Source: Actinomycetes bacterium (GTDB lineage Bacteria > Actinomycetota > Actinomycetes > S36-B12 > UBA5976). Taken from it: a stretch of DNA of 64,000 bases. The stretch's first letter is position 1. Every line of letters starts with the position of its first letter. Location of the stretch: positions 7,327 to 71,326 of the forward strand of contig JASJMK010000017.1 of assembly GCA_037619625.1 (NCBI GenBank), given 5' to 3'. The notes below the pieces were generated by a model. It saw only the letters and a program-made list of their open reading frames with translations. It had not been told where the DNA came from and did no database searches. This document shows, one piece after another, positions 31,669 through 40,413 of this stretch. Position numbers and translations under genes: made by a program.

Positions 31669-32126
31669 GGCACAACCTGTGGGGCCGCAACAACTGGAGT
31701 ACCTAAAATTTCACGATCGGAAAGACGTAAAAATACTGGAGTTTGCGCAGGTACCATTCCCATAGTCTTTGCACTTTCCAGCAACATTCCTGGAGATTCA
31801 CTTAGCAATACTGTGCTTGATATTGCTTGCTCCTGCGCAGTCATCTGGCTTAGTTGAATTTGTAATTCATACTTTTGGAATGATGCTTGCGCAGCTAGCG
31901 TATTTACATACAGCAAAGTCATCATGCCAGCAATGATCATCCCAAGAATTATGAAAACGAATGTTCGCTTACTTGCTCGTCCTTGTGGCACACCAACTGG
32001 AATAGCTTGCGCAATTGGGGAAACAATTGGCCTGAGCATTGGCTTTACAAGTGCCAACTTTCGCATGGTGGCCGATTTGCGCGGAATTGGCAGAAGTGTT
32101 GGAGTCCTTGCTGGCATAGCGCTCAT
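31665..32126 (-). CDS. ftsL: FtsL-like bitopic division protein
   Basis: 153-aa ORF with a single TM (FVFIILGMIIAGMMTLLYV) followed by a short coiled coil. Lies between rsmH and ftsI. ATGA overlaps at both ends. Confidence 0.7.
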   Translation of the reverse strand: MSAMPARTPTLLPIPRKSATMRKLALVKPMLRPIVSPIAQAIPVGVPQGRASKRTFVFIILGMIIAGMMTLLYVNTLAAQASFQKYELQIQLSQMTAQEQAISSTVLLSESPGMLLESAKTMGMVPAQTPVFLRLSDREILGTPVVAAPQVVP

Positions 32127-33076
32127 GCAGCAACTCCAATGCGCTGGGCAGCGCGCAACCTTACGGATGTGGCGCGCGAATTTTGGGCGATTTCCGCATC
32201 ACTCGCTGGCTCAGATCCTCGAGTCAATACTTTTAGCCAGGGCTTATCTGAGTCTGGAACAAATGGCATATCAACTGGAGTTGTTGACATAGTCCCGATG
32301 CGCAATGCCTTCTTGACGATTCGATCTTCAAGAGATTGGTAGGACAACACGACAATACGGCCGTCAAGTGTGAGGCAATCAAGAGCTGCCGGAATTGCCC
32401 GCTCTAAAACGGCAAGTTCATCGTTTACTTCAATGCGCAATGCTTGGAATGTCCGCTTTGCAGGATTTCCGCCCGTACGCCGAGTTGCCGCAGGTATTGC
32501 ATCGCGAACAACGGTTACCAATTGATCACTCGTTGTAAATGGTTTAATTTGCCGTTCCCGAATAATGGCATTTGCAACCCGACTAGCAAATCGCTCTTCG
32601 CCATATTCGCGCAGGATTCTGGCTAAGTTTGCGTAGTCATAAGTATTGACTACATCTGCAGCAGTTTGGCCAACTGTGCCGTTCATGCGCATATCGAGTG
32701 GAGCATTTCGGGAATATGTAAAACCACGATCGTCTTTATCAAGTTGCATTGATGAAACGCCTAGGTCAAACAGAACACCATGAACCTGCTCAATATTTAA
32801 ATCTGCTAAAACTTCAGAAATTTCGTCGTACACCGCGAGGACAAACTCAATTCTCGGAGCGAACCGAGATAACCGAGTTTTAGAAAGCTCTAGGGCTTCT
32901 GGGTCACGATCAATTCCAATAACGCGTAAATTTGGAAACTCAGTTAATGCGGATTCAGCATGGCCACCAAGACCTAAAGTTGCATCAACCAAAATCGCAT
33001 TCTCAACGCTGATAGCCGGTGCTAAAAGATCTAGGCACCTTTGCTGCAAAACTGGCACATGGGTAAATGTCGACAT
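32123..33076 (-). CDS. rsmH: 16S rRNA (cytosine1402-N4)-methyltransferase RsmH (MraW)
   Basis: 317-aa ORF with HVPVL, DATLGLGGH, DLGVSSMQLD and RSMELRVAE-like C-terminal motifs. Confidence 0.95.
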   Translation of the reverse strand: MSTFTHVPVLQQRCLDLLAPAISVENAILVDATLGLGGHAESALTEFPNLRVIGIDRDPEALELSKTRLSRFAPRIEFVLAVYDEISEVLADLNIEQVHGVLFDLGVSSMQLDKDDRGFTYSRNAPLDMRMNGTVGQTAADVVNTYDYANLARILREYGEERFASRVANAIIRERQIKPFTTSDQLVTVVRDAIPAATRRTGGNPAKRTFQALRIEVNDELAVLERAIPAALDCLTLDGRIVVLSYQSLEDRIVKKALRIGTMSTTPVDMPFVPDSDKPWLKVLTRGSEPASDAEIAQNSRATSVRLRAAQRIGVAA

Positions 33077-33111
33077 TAGGCTGCGTCAGATCTTGCTGCT
33101 GCCTCTAGTCC

Positions 33112-33169
33112 CTGGCCGTTGGAGAGCCTGGCACCGGGGAAGGTGCGCCAGGATCTAGCCAACGGCCAG
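33112..33169 (-). promoter_or_regulatory. GC-rich nested hairpin in the mraZ-rsmH spacer (candidate mraW RNA motif)
   Basis: Outer perfect 11-bp inverted repeat CTGGCCGTTGG (33112-33122) / CCAACGGCCAG (33159-33169). It encloses a second inverted repeat CCTGGCAC (33127-33134) / GTGCGCCAGG (33143-33152). No U-tract on either side. A structured 'mraW motif' in 5' UTRs of actinobacterial mraW genes has been published, but a sequence-level match is not verified. Confidence 0.5.
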
Positions 33170-33221
33170 AGGCCACAGGCAACATCGTTTGAAGTTGGCA
33201 AGCTGAAACTTATTTTTGCTG

Positions 33222-33644
33222 TCATGGCATTACGCCCTCATCCAAAGTCGCAAAACCAGGTTCTTGGACAGCGAGATATTGACTCCAGGCCAACGTGTCC
33301 CACACTTCAATTCGGGTATCTGCGCCAACTACAACTAAGTCACGATTAAGTCCGGCCCATTCGCGCAACGATGCGGGAATCGTTACCCGACCTTGCTTGT
33401 CTGCGATGTCATCAAATGCCGATGAAAAAAACACCCGAGTGTAAGCGCGGACTTTTTCATTATTTTGCGAACGTTGCCGCAAGCTCTCAGCAAATTCTTG
33501 AAATTGCTCATTTGGCCAAATCACAACGCAGCGTTCTTGGCCCTTAGTCATAACTAAGCCCGTGCTTAGCGGGTCTCGGAATTTTGCCGGCAAAATGACC
33601 CGGCCTTTTTCATCAAGTTTCGGCGTGTGCGTACCTAGAAACAC
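33222..33644 (-). CDS. mraZ: Transcriptional regulator MraZ
   Basis: Two SpoVT/AbrB-like repeats with DEKGRVILPAKFR and DKQGRVTIPASLR. GTG at 33644 gives the canonical (M)FLGTHTPKLD N-terminus and has an AGGTGG SD 5 nt upstream. The ORF-track start is 33653. Confidence 0.92.
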   Translation of the reverse strand: MFLGTHTPKLDEKGRVILPAKFRDPLSTGLVMTKGQERCVVIWPNEQFQEFAESLRQRSQNNEKVRAYTRVFFSSAFDDIADKQGRVTIPASLREWAGLNRDLVVVGADTRIEVWDTLAWSQYLAVQEPGFATLDEGVMP

Positions 33645-33695
33645 CCAGGCCACCTACCTAAAACAATGGCAACCCTTCCCCGAGTCACCGCGTTG

Positions 33696-33743
33696 TCCCA
33701 GATTACTCCCTTTTGCTCCACTGTCAACCCAATTTAAACCCCA
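33696..33743 (-). promoter_or_regulatory. Candidate MraZ operator: TGGGN-like boxes phased at 10 bp
   Basis: The minus strand reads TTGGGGTTTAAATTGGGTTGACAGTGGAGCAAAAGGGAGTAATCTGGGACAA. The plus-strand C-runs end at 33700, 33710, 33720 and 33730, giving an exact 10-bp period, and there is one further box at 33738-33743. E. coli MraZ binds repeated TGGGN boxes with 10-bp spacing (established). Confidence 0.55.
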
Positions 33744-33822
33744 ATATCCTCATTGGTAACAAATATTTGGAATTTATTCAATGAATTAAGGGTGGAGCGA
33801 AATGGGGTGAATTAAAAATTAA

Positions 33823-34635
33823 TTACTTTGTAGGGGCAACAAGCCCGATTGGATCCCCACACATGATGTTTCTATCTAAGGTGACACCGTTCACGGTAGC
33901 TACAAATTGCACCAGATCCGGAATTTTCCCGCCAAATGAGCCCTGTGAACAGGCAGCTTTTGAATCTGCTACCCCGGCTGGAATGTCCGTATAGGGACCA
34001 AGTGCCAGCCAAGTTGGAAGCGCAAGGTTTGCATTGCCCGTTATCTCCAGCCAGTGCGCCGGCGGCGCATAAATACCAACTGGATATCCAGCAGCAGTTA
34101 AGGAGATTGCGAGTTCAGTTAAGACTTGAACTGAACGATCCGGGCTCGTCCAAGTGTTATAAGTTTCGACATCTAACCAAATTGGCGTGCCAGGGGCAAT
34201 TGCGTATTTGTTTAATCGCGCCAAGGTATCGTTCGCAATTTTTTTACCATAACGAACCGGCGACTCATCCCCAGGGTCTGCAGTGTTTATGTAAACAGCA
34301 ACTGCGTCGTGTGTTAAAGCCCATTCCCATTGCTTAGAAAAGCAATCGTTTTCGGAAAATGGCTTGCCACCGTTTAAACCAACTATGGCAAAGCCAACAA
34401 ATTTATCTGGCAGGGCACTTTTGCATTGCGGATAACTAACGTCATAGCCGCTGTTGTCTAGTTGCTGCGAAAACGGAATGAGTTCGGGCTGGGTAGCTTT
34501 GATTAATGGCCGGCCATCGACGCTTTCAATAGTTAAAGGTTCTGGATACAACCAAGAAGTAACTATGGAATATCCAGCCAGCCCAGCAAGCGCCAAAGCG
34601 CCTGCTGTTACTAAGAACCCAAAAAACCTGCGCAA
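33823..34635 (-). CDS. Membrane-anchored/secreted GH25-like (lysozyme-type TIM-barrel, DUF1906-like) protein
   Basis: 270-aa ORF with an N-terminal hydrophobic anchor. GYDVSYPQC, FAIVGLNGG and IWLDVE motifs resemble the GH25/Rv2525c-like glycoside-hydrolase fold. The family assignment is tentative. Confidence 0.45.
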   Translation of the reverse strand: MRRFFGFLVTAGALALAGLAGYSIVTSWLYPEPLTIESVDGRPLIKATQPELIPFSQQLDNSGYDVSYPQCKSALPDKFVGFAIVGLNGGKPFSENDCFSKQWEWALTHDAVAVYINTADPGDESPVRYGKKIANDTLARLNKYAIAPGTPIWLDVETYNTWTSPDRSVQVLTELAISLTAAGYPVGIYAPPAHWLEITGNANLALPTWLALGPYTDIPAGVADSKAACSQGSFGGKIPDLVQFVATVNGVTLDRNIMCGDPIGLVAPTK

Positions 34636-34638
34636 ACT

Positions 34639-35187
34639 TTATTCGATCGGACCAGTATTTGCTTCTGGGAAATAATCTTGTCCAATACCTGAAGCTCGGG
34701 TCGGAATCATTACTGAGCGAACCCAAGATAAAACTTCGATGCCATCTTGGTTAATTCCACGGGTTCGCATAGTCAAAATTCCAAAATCTGGACGTGAGGA
34801 TGACTTGCGCATTTCTAAAACTTTACTTTCAGCGTACAAAGTGTCATTTACATAAACTGGTGCTTTCAATTTAATGTCTGTCCAACCCAGGTTCGCAACA
34901 GCGTGCTGACTCATGTCCAGTACTGACATTCCTAAAACCAACGCCACAGTAAAGCCAGAATTTACGATGATGCGGCCTTCAGCAATTGGATTCATTTGTG
35001 CGTAGTGCTCATTGAAATGGTTTTGGTTGGTATTTACCGTTAATAACGTGAACCAAGTTGAGTCGGCCTCCGTTATGGTGCGACCCAATGCATGCTGGTA
35101 AACGTCTCCAACAATAAAGTCTTCGGCAAAATTTCCAATTTCAGCTTTGTGAATAGTCATAGGTAAATAATGCCTTACCGGCATCAA
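34639..35187 (-). CDS. MaoC-like (hot-dog fold) dehydratase family protein
   Basis: About 180-aa ORF with a hot-dog/MaoC-like core (HFNEHYA...GRIIVNSGFT). The ORF-track start is TTG at 35187. ATG at 35184 (AGGCGAG SD) or ATG at 35160 are alternatives. Confidence 0.65.
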   Translation of the reverse strand: MMPVRHYLPMTIHKAEIGNFAEDFIVGDVYQHALGRTITEADSTWFTLLTVNTNQNHFNEHYAQMNPIAEGRIIVNSGFTVALVLGMSVLDMSQHAVANLGWTDIKLKAPVYVNDTLYAESKVLEMRKSSSRPDFGILTMRTRGINQDGIEVLSWVRSVMIPTRASGIGQDYFPEANTGPIE

Positions 35188-35197
35188 ACTCGCCTAA

Positions 35198-35566
35198 CTA
35201 GCCGTTGTCTTGGCGACGATCCCAGCGCTCTTCTAGGCCTTGCATGAACCCGCCATTTGTTGCTGGCTTTGTTGTCGCTGCAGGACTTTGTCCAGTTGCT
35301 GCGGCTTTAGTGCCAAGTTGGGCAAAGTAAAAACCAGCCACAATCGATAGAAAACCTAGTACGCCAAGGGCAGGAATCGCCAAAGTGACAGCTGCAATCA
35401 ATATTCCGATACCAATTACCACACCTAGTACTGCAATTCCGATACTTTTTGGTGCAGTTCGACTAATCATCGGGACGCGAAGTGCCGAAGCAAATTTTGG
35501 ATCTTCGGAAGCAAGCGCGCGCTCCATCTGTTCAAGGAGTGCTTGCTCGTGATCTGAGAGTGCCAT
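35198..35566 (-). CDS. DUF3040 family membrane protein
   Basis: 122-aa ORF with the N-terminal MALSDHEQALLEQMERAL..DPKF signature, then two TM segments. Strong AGGAGG SD. Confidence 0.75.
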   Translation of the reverse strand: MALSDHEQALLEQMERALASEDPKFASALRVPMISRTAPKSIGIAVLGVVIGIGILIAAVTLAIPALGVLGFLSIVAGFYFAQLGTKAAATGQSPAATTKPATNGGFMQGLEERWDRRQDNG

Positions 35567-35686
35567 GTCTGCCTCCTAATTCTTGGCAATTCGTCTGCGT
35601 TCCTTAAGCCTAAGCCCGGATCGGGAATCCGGAAACTTAAACCAGGGATTTAGCAACTAATTTCGGGAATTTGTTCCCAAAATCAC

Positions 35687-36913
35687 CTAATTGTCGGTCT
35701 CAATTAGTCGGGCAGGTTTAACGGCTGCGTTACCAAATTTCTCGGTAACTTGATCCATCGCTGCCTGCGCCTCCCGCCAGCCAGCGTCCCGCTCTGATAA
35801 CTCCAGTTGAATTGCTGATTTGCTGGTTGGAATTAGCCCAGTTGCTCGCACTCCAACGAGTCGAACTCGAGCTCGTTGCAAATTCATTGCCTCAAATAAA
35901 TTCTTACTAGTTGTATAAATTTCTGTGGCAAGGTCAGTTGATGAAATCAGTGACTTGCTGCGAGTTACTGAAGTGAAGTTAGCAAATCTAACTTTGATTG
36001 TGATGGTTCGGGCAAAGAAATGTGCATCTCGTAGTCGTTTTGCCACTTTATTACTCAAATCCAAGAACTGAGCCAGCAGTAACTCTGGGTCATCGATATC
36101 AGAATCAAAAGTGCGTTCAGCACCGATACTTTTCTCAGCTTGATTTGGTGTTACTTTGCGTGGATCACGCGCCCAAGCTAACTCGTAAAGGTGCTCAGCG
36201 GCTGCTTGACCAATTACGCGAGTCAAAGTTTTTACTGGGGTATTTGCGATGTCCGCTACCGTGACCAGTCCCAGCCGAGAAAGTTGTTCAGCTGTTTTCT
36301 CGCCAACACCCCAAAGCGCTCCGATTGGTAGCGGATGCAAGAACTCAATGACTTTGTCAGCGGGTACTACGTGTAAGCCATCTGGTTTTGCAAAGTTAGT
36401 TGCAAGTTTTGCAATGAACATTGTTGAGGCAACACCCACTGAGCAGGTAATTCCCTGTTCATCGCTTACGCGGGCTCTAATAATCTCACCAATTTGCGTA
36501 GGTGATCCCATTAGTTTCTGGGCTCCGGAAATATCCAAGAAAGCCTCATCTACAGAAAGTGGTTGAACCTGCGGAGTTATAGATTCAAAAATTGCCATTA
36601 CATTTTCTGAGATCTCAGAATACTTGCCATGATCTGGTTCAACAACTACGGCGTTTGGTGCCAAGCGAAGTGCGCGTGACATCGGCATTGCTGAGTGCAC
36701 GCCTAATTTTCGAGCTTCGTAAGTTGCTGAGAGAACTACTCCACGATTTCCGTCATAGCCAACTATTACTTGCTTGCCTGCAAGTTTGGGGTTCTCACGA
36801 ACTTCAACAGAGGCAAAGAATGCATCCATGTCTATATGCAAAATGTTGCAGTTTGTATCATCACCCTTGGGGTTACGCGCAGCACTTCCCCGATTTAATT
36901 GAGATCGACTCAT
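35687..36913 (-). CDS. dinB: DNA polymerase IV (DinB, Y-family, catalytic residues intact)
   Basis: 408-aa ORF with ILHIDMDAFFASVE and LSVDEAFLDIS (catalytic D/D/E present), a little-finger domain and a QLELS clamp-motif-like element near the C-terminus. Its ATG overlaps the dnaE2 TGA (ATGA at 36910-36913). Confidence 0.9.
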   Translation of the reverse strand: MSRSQLNRGSAARNPKGDDTNCNILHIDMDAFFASVEVRENPKLAGKQVIVGYDGNRGVVLSATYEARKLGVHSAMPMSRALRLAPNAVVVEPDHGKYSEISENVMAIFESITPQVQPLSVDEAFLDISGAQKLMGSPTQIGEIIRARVSDEQGITCSVGVASTMFIAKLATNFAKPDGLHVVPADKVIEFLHPLPIGALWGVGEKTAEQLSRLGLVTVADIANTPVKTLTRVIGQAAAEHLYELAWARDPRKVTPNQAEKSIGAERTFDSDIDDPELLLAQFLDLSNKVAKRLRDAHFFARTITIKVRFANFTSVTRSKSLISSTDLATEIYTTSKNLFEAMNLQRARVRLVGVRATGLIPTSKSAIQLELSERDAGWREAQAAMDQVTEKFGNAAVKPARLIETDN

Positions 36914-39900
36914 GGTGCCAACTTTGCGGCTGATCGCATAGCTCGAGCTATGTCATTGCCAGCAGGTCGCACATCTGCATACGGTGAGGATCTAAAGCCG
37001 CTGGCATGTTCCCAAATTTGAGTCGGCGCAACTGGATCTAACTGGACTTTTGGAGCTACGCCAATTAATTCCTGCACTGCGCGCACACCTCCAAATTTCC
37101 AATGTTGATAAACCTGCGATAATTCCCAGCACCCATTAGCCAGAATAGATACCCCGCGTGGTCCAGTTCGACGCACTGTGCCACTAACTAAAAGTAACCA
37201 AGAATGAAACAACGTGGGTGCATATTGATCCTGCGCCTCCTCGAAAAACGTAGCGTCAACTGGCCCGGTTGAATCCTCCAAAGTAACGAATGCCACACGT
37301 TTGCCGGATCGAATCGGTGGTGTCTGAGTGGCAACCTTAACCCCAGCAATTAAGACATTGGATTGTGAGCGCACTTGAAGTAAGTGACCTGCTGGCACCG
37401 CATTTAATTGAGTTAGCATTTCGCGATAGAAACTCATGATGTGAGCGCTGACGTCAATTCCAAGAACTTCAATTTCATATCTGACTCGATCTGCTAGCGA
37501 TAGTGCCGGTAAGCCAGTTGGCTCTGGAATCCAATCAATTTCTGTCATACCAAATGTGATTTGAGCTGTGGCAACTGCTCTCCCAGTTCTTTTGAGTTTG
37601 AATTGAGCACTTAACTCTGCGACGTGAAATAGCAAATCTCGTCGAGAAACTAATTGGCTATGCAGTGCATCAAAGCCACCAGCTAATACGATGCGCTCAA
37701 TAATTGGCCGCGAGGCCTTAGCGCGATAAGCAAAGTCAGCTAGTGAGCGATAAGGCGCAGCAGAAATTATGTCACTGACTTCTTGCTGACTAATGCCCTT
37801 AACTTCTGAAAGTGGAATTCGAATTCCATAACCACCATTAACTGTGCGCTCTACAACATAAGTATCACTTGAGACATTTACATCAAGTCCTAAGATTTCT
37901 ACGCCACAACTGCGAGCATCATCAGCGATTAATCGCTTTGGATACATACCTGGATCATGCGTTAAAACTCCGGCAATAAATGCTGCTGGGTGGTGCGCTT
38001 TGAACCAAGCTGACTGATATGTAGGTAGGGCAAAAGCTGCAGCGTGGGCTTTACAGAATCCAAAAGATGCAAAAGCTCGTAAAACTTCCCAAACTTGTTC
38101 AATTACCACCAGTTCATATTTCTTTTTGCGAAGTGCCGAATAAAACCATTCTCGAATTTCATCAAGTTGCTCATAGTCGCCCATACGACGACGAATTAAG
38201 TCAGCAGCCTCGAGTGAACAATCTGTCATTACTGAAAGGATTCGCATAACTTGCTCGTGGAAAACTACAACACCACTGGTCTCAGCCAGAATTGGCGCTA
38301 AGTCTTTGTGCATATAGTCAGTAGTTGCCCAGCCTTGCCGAGCTCGCAGAAACGGTGTAATCATGTCGCTTTTTACTGGTCCAGGACGAAATAGTGAAAT
38401 GTCAGTAATCAAATCACCGAAAGAAACTGGCGCGAATTTTCCAATTAGTTCGCGTTGTCCTGGTGACTCAATTTGAAAACAACCCAAAGTTTTAGTGCTT
38501 TGAATTAGTTCAAAAGTTTTGGGGTCATCGCGTGGCACTGCCTCTAAATTAATTAGCCCAGTGTGATCTGTGCCATGTGCACTTGGGCCTTCTACTTTGT
38601 GTACTTGCTTAATGGCATAAGCCAGAGCAGATTGCATTCGGACACCAAGCACATCTAGTTTGAGTAATCCCATGTGCTCAACATCATCTTTATCAAATTG
38701 GGACATTGGAAACTCTTGGGCACTTGGTTGCACTGGCGTGCGCTCTAGTAATGACAAATCAGAAAGCACTATCCCACAGGGATGTAATGAAGTATGTCGA
38801 GGTAGGCCATCTAAGCCTTCGACTAAATCTAAGAACTGATCAAGATCTCCGCGCGCAGCCCTGATGCCAATGCCACTTCGGCGCAATTCAGGTAATTCTG
38901 CCAAGGCGCTTCGGATGTGCCGAGCCCTGATGTGTGGAAAGGATTTAGCAAAAGTATTAATCTCACCTGGTGGCATACCTAGCGCAGCTCCAACATCTCG
39001 AATTGCGTGTCGAACTCGATATGTTTCGCGCATTGAAACGCATGTTGTGCGCTTATCTCCAAATCTGTCAAAAATAGCTTGGTAGATCTCAATCCGGCGA
39101 TCTGACTCTACGTCGATGTCTATGTCTGGCAACCCTGGGCGAAGTGTGGATACGAATCGTTCCATCAATAAGTTGTGCGCGATTGGATCAACGCCAGATA
39201 TTCCTAACAAATGGTTGATAAAACTTCCAGCTCCAGAGCCACGAGCTGCCACTCTGACTTTCATTTGGCGAATCATGTCAACAACTTGCGCCACAGTTAG
39301 GACGTATCCAGCTAAGCCCATTTGGGCAATGATCGCTAACTCAGAATCCAGGCGCGCTCTACTGCTGCGCTGATCATCGACTCGAGTAACTGAGTTGTCA
39401 ATTAAGTAATTAGTGAATCCAAGCTCACAACGCTCCTGCAATATGGCGTCAGCACTACGCGATTCACCCGGCAACAACTTTGCTAACTCAGGGACATAAA
39501 CCTGATTCATTCCCAAATCGGCCTTTGGATCAATTACGCATTCCAGACCCAACTCCACAGTTTGACTCAGAAGTATTCTGCTGATGTCGCGTTGATCGCC
39601 AACCATGCCTGAAATCCGTTGTGCGATAGCGTGCATGTGCGCTGTGGTTGCAAGAAATGCTTGATTTGTTGGGCCACTATTTGTTTTTGCTGACAACGCC
39701 AGCTGTCGGCGCGACGCATCGAGAACATCAGCAATACGAGAATCCTGTTGTTCGCGATATCGAACCATGTTCGTCAACACTGCAGGAACTTTATGCACAA
39801 TAGCCCACTGCAACATGCGGGCTGCAAAAGTATCGGACAAATTAGCGGCATCTGGACTTTGGCAGTGCGTAGTAATTTCTAAGTAAGTGCGAACGCCATG

Positions 39901-40410
39901 TTCTTGCCAAGTGCGCAGATGATCAAGTGCTCGATCAGGCCTGCGATTAAGAATGTTGTAGCCAATGTCCGAGCGTGGACCTAGCAAGGCAACTAGCCCA
40001 TGTTCGCCGGCTAGTTGCAATAACTCTTGTCTATTAATTTCTGGGTCTTCCCGCGAATCAAGATGAGCCCTGGAGATGATCGCGCACAATCCAGCCCAGC
40101 TTTGTTTATCGTGCGCTAATAAAGTTATGCGTGGTCGTTCTGGCTTAACCCACTTGCCACCATGAGCTGGAGTAGGTAAATAAGGTTGCGGAGTTTCGAG
40201 CGCAATGTCTACGCCAAGAATTGGGGAGATCTGCGCGCTTGCGCACGCGTGAATAAAACTAACTGCGCCCGCTACGGTATCTCGATCTGTTAATGCCAGT
40301 GCACTTTGCCCATATTCGCTGGCGCGATTCACTAAGTCTTGTGGCGTTGTTGTGCCATAACGCATCGATAATGCTGATGCCACATGAAGGTGAACAAATT
40401 CTTGCGGCAT
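36910..40410 (-). CDS. dnaE2: Error-prone DNA polymerase DnaE2 (ImuC-type Pol III alpha paralogue)
   Basis: 1166-aa ORF with a Pol IIIalpha palm/fingers (PDIDIDVES, GLLKLDVLG) and an OB fold (KRVAFVTLEDSTGPVDATFF). The PHP N-terminus is degenerate (FVHLHVASALSMRYG versus FVHLHVHTEYSMLDG in dnaE1). It sits in an SOS-box-controlled operon with dinB. Confidence 0.88.
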   Translation of the reverse strand: MPQEFVHLHVASALSMRYGTTTPQDLVNRASEYGQSALALTDRDTVAGAVSFIHACASAQISPILGVDIALETPQPYLPTPAHGGKWVKPERPRITLLAHDKQSWAGLCAIISRAHLDSREDPEINRQELLQLAGEHGLVALLGPRSDIGYNILNRRPDRALDHLRTWQEHGVRTYLEITTHCQSPDAANLSDTFAARMLQWAIVHKVPAVLTNMVRYREQQDSRIADVLDASRRQLALSAKTNSGPTNQAFLATTAHMHAIAQRISGMVGDQRDISRILLSQTVELGLECVIDPKADLGMNQVYVPELAKLLPGESRSADAILQERCELGFTNYLIDNSVTRVDDQRSSRARLDSELAIIAQMGLAGYVLTVAQVVDMIRQMKVRVAARGSGAGSFINHLLGISGVDPIAHNLLMERFVSTLRPGLPDIDIDVESDRRIEIYQAIFDRFGDKRTTCVSMRETYRVRHAIRDVGAALGMPPGEINTFAKSFPHIRARHIRSALAELPELRRSGIGIRAARGDLDQFLDLVEGLDGLPRHTSLHPCGIVLSDLSLLERTPVQPSAQEFPMSQFDKDDVEHMGLLKLDVLGVRMQSALAYAIKQVHKVEGPSAHGTDHTGLINLEAVPRDDPKTFELIQSTKTLGCFQIESPGQRELIGKFAPVSFGDLITDISLFRPGPVKSDMITPFLRARQGWATTDYMHKDLAPILAETSGVVVFHEQVMRILSVMTDCSLEAADLIRRRMGDYEQLDEIREWFYSALRKKKYELVVIEQVWEVLRAFASFGFCKAHAAAFALPTYQSAWFKAHHPAAFIAGVLTHDPGMYPKRLIADDARSCGVEILGLDVNVSSDTYVVERTVNGGYGIRIPLSEVKGISQQEVSDIISAAPYRSLADFAYRAKASRPIIERIVLAGGFDALHSQLVSRRDLLFHVAELSAQFKLKRTGRAVATAQITFGMTEIDWIPEPTGLPALSLADRVRYEIEVLGIDVSAHIMSFYREMLTQLNAVPAGHLLQVRSQSNVLIAGVKVATQTPPIRSGKRVAFVTLEDSTGPVDATFFEEAQDQYAPTLFHSWLLLVSGTVRRTGPRGVSILANGCWELSQVYQHWKFGGVRAVQELIGVAPKVQLDPVAPTQIWEHASGFRSSPYADVRPAGNDIARAMRSAAKLAP

Positions 40411-40413
40411 AAC

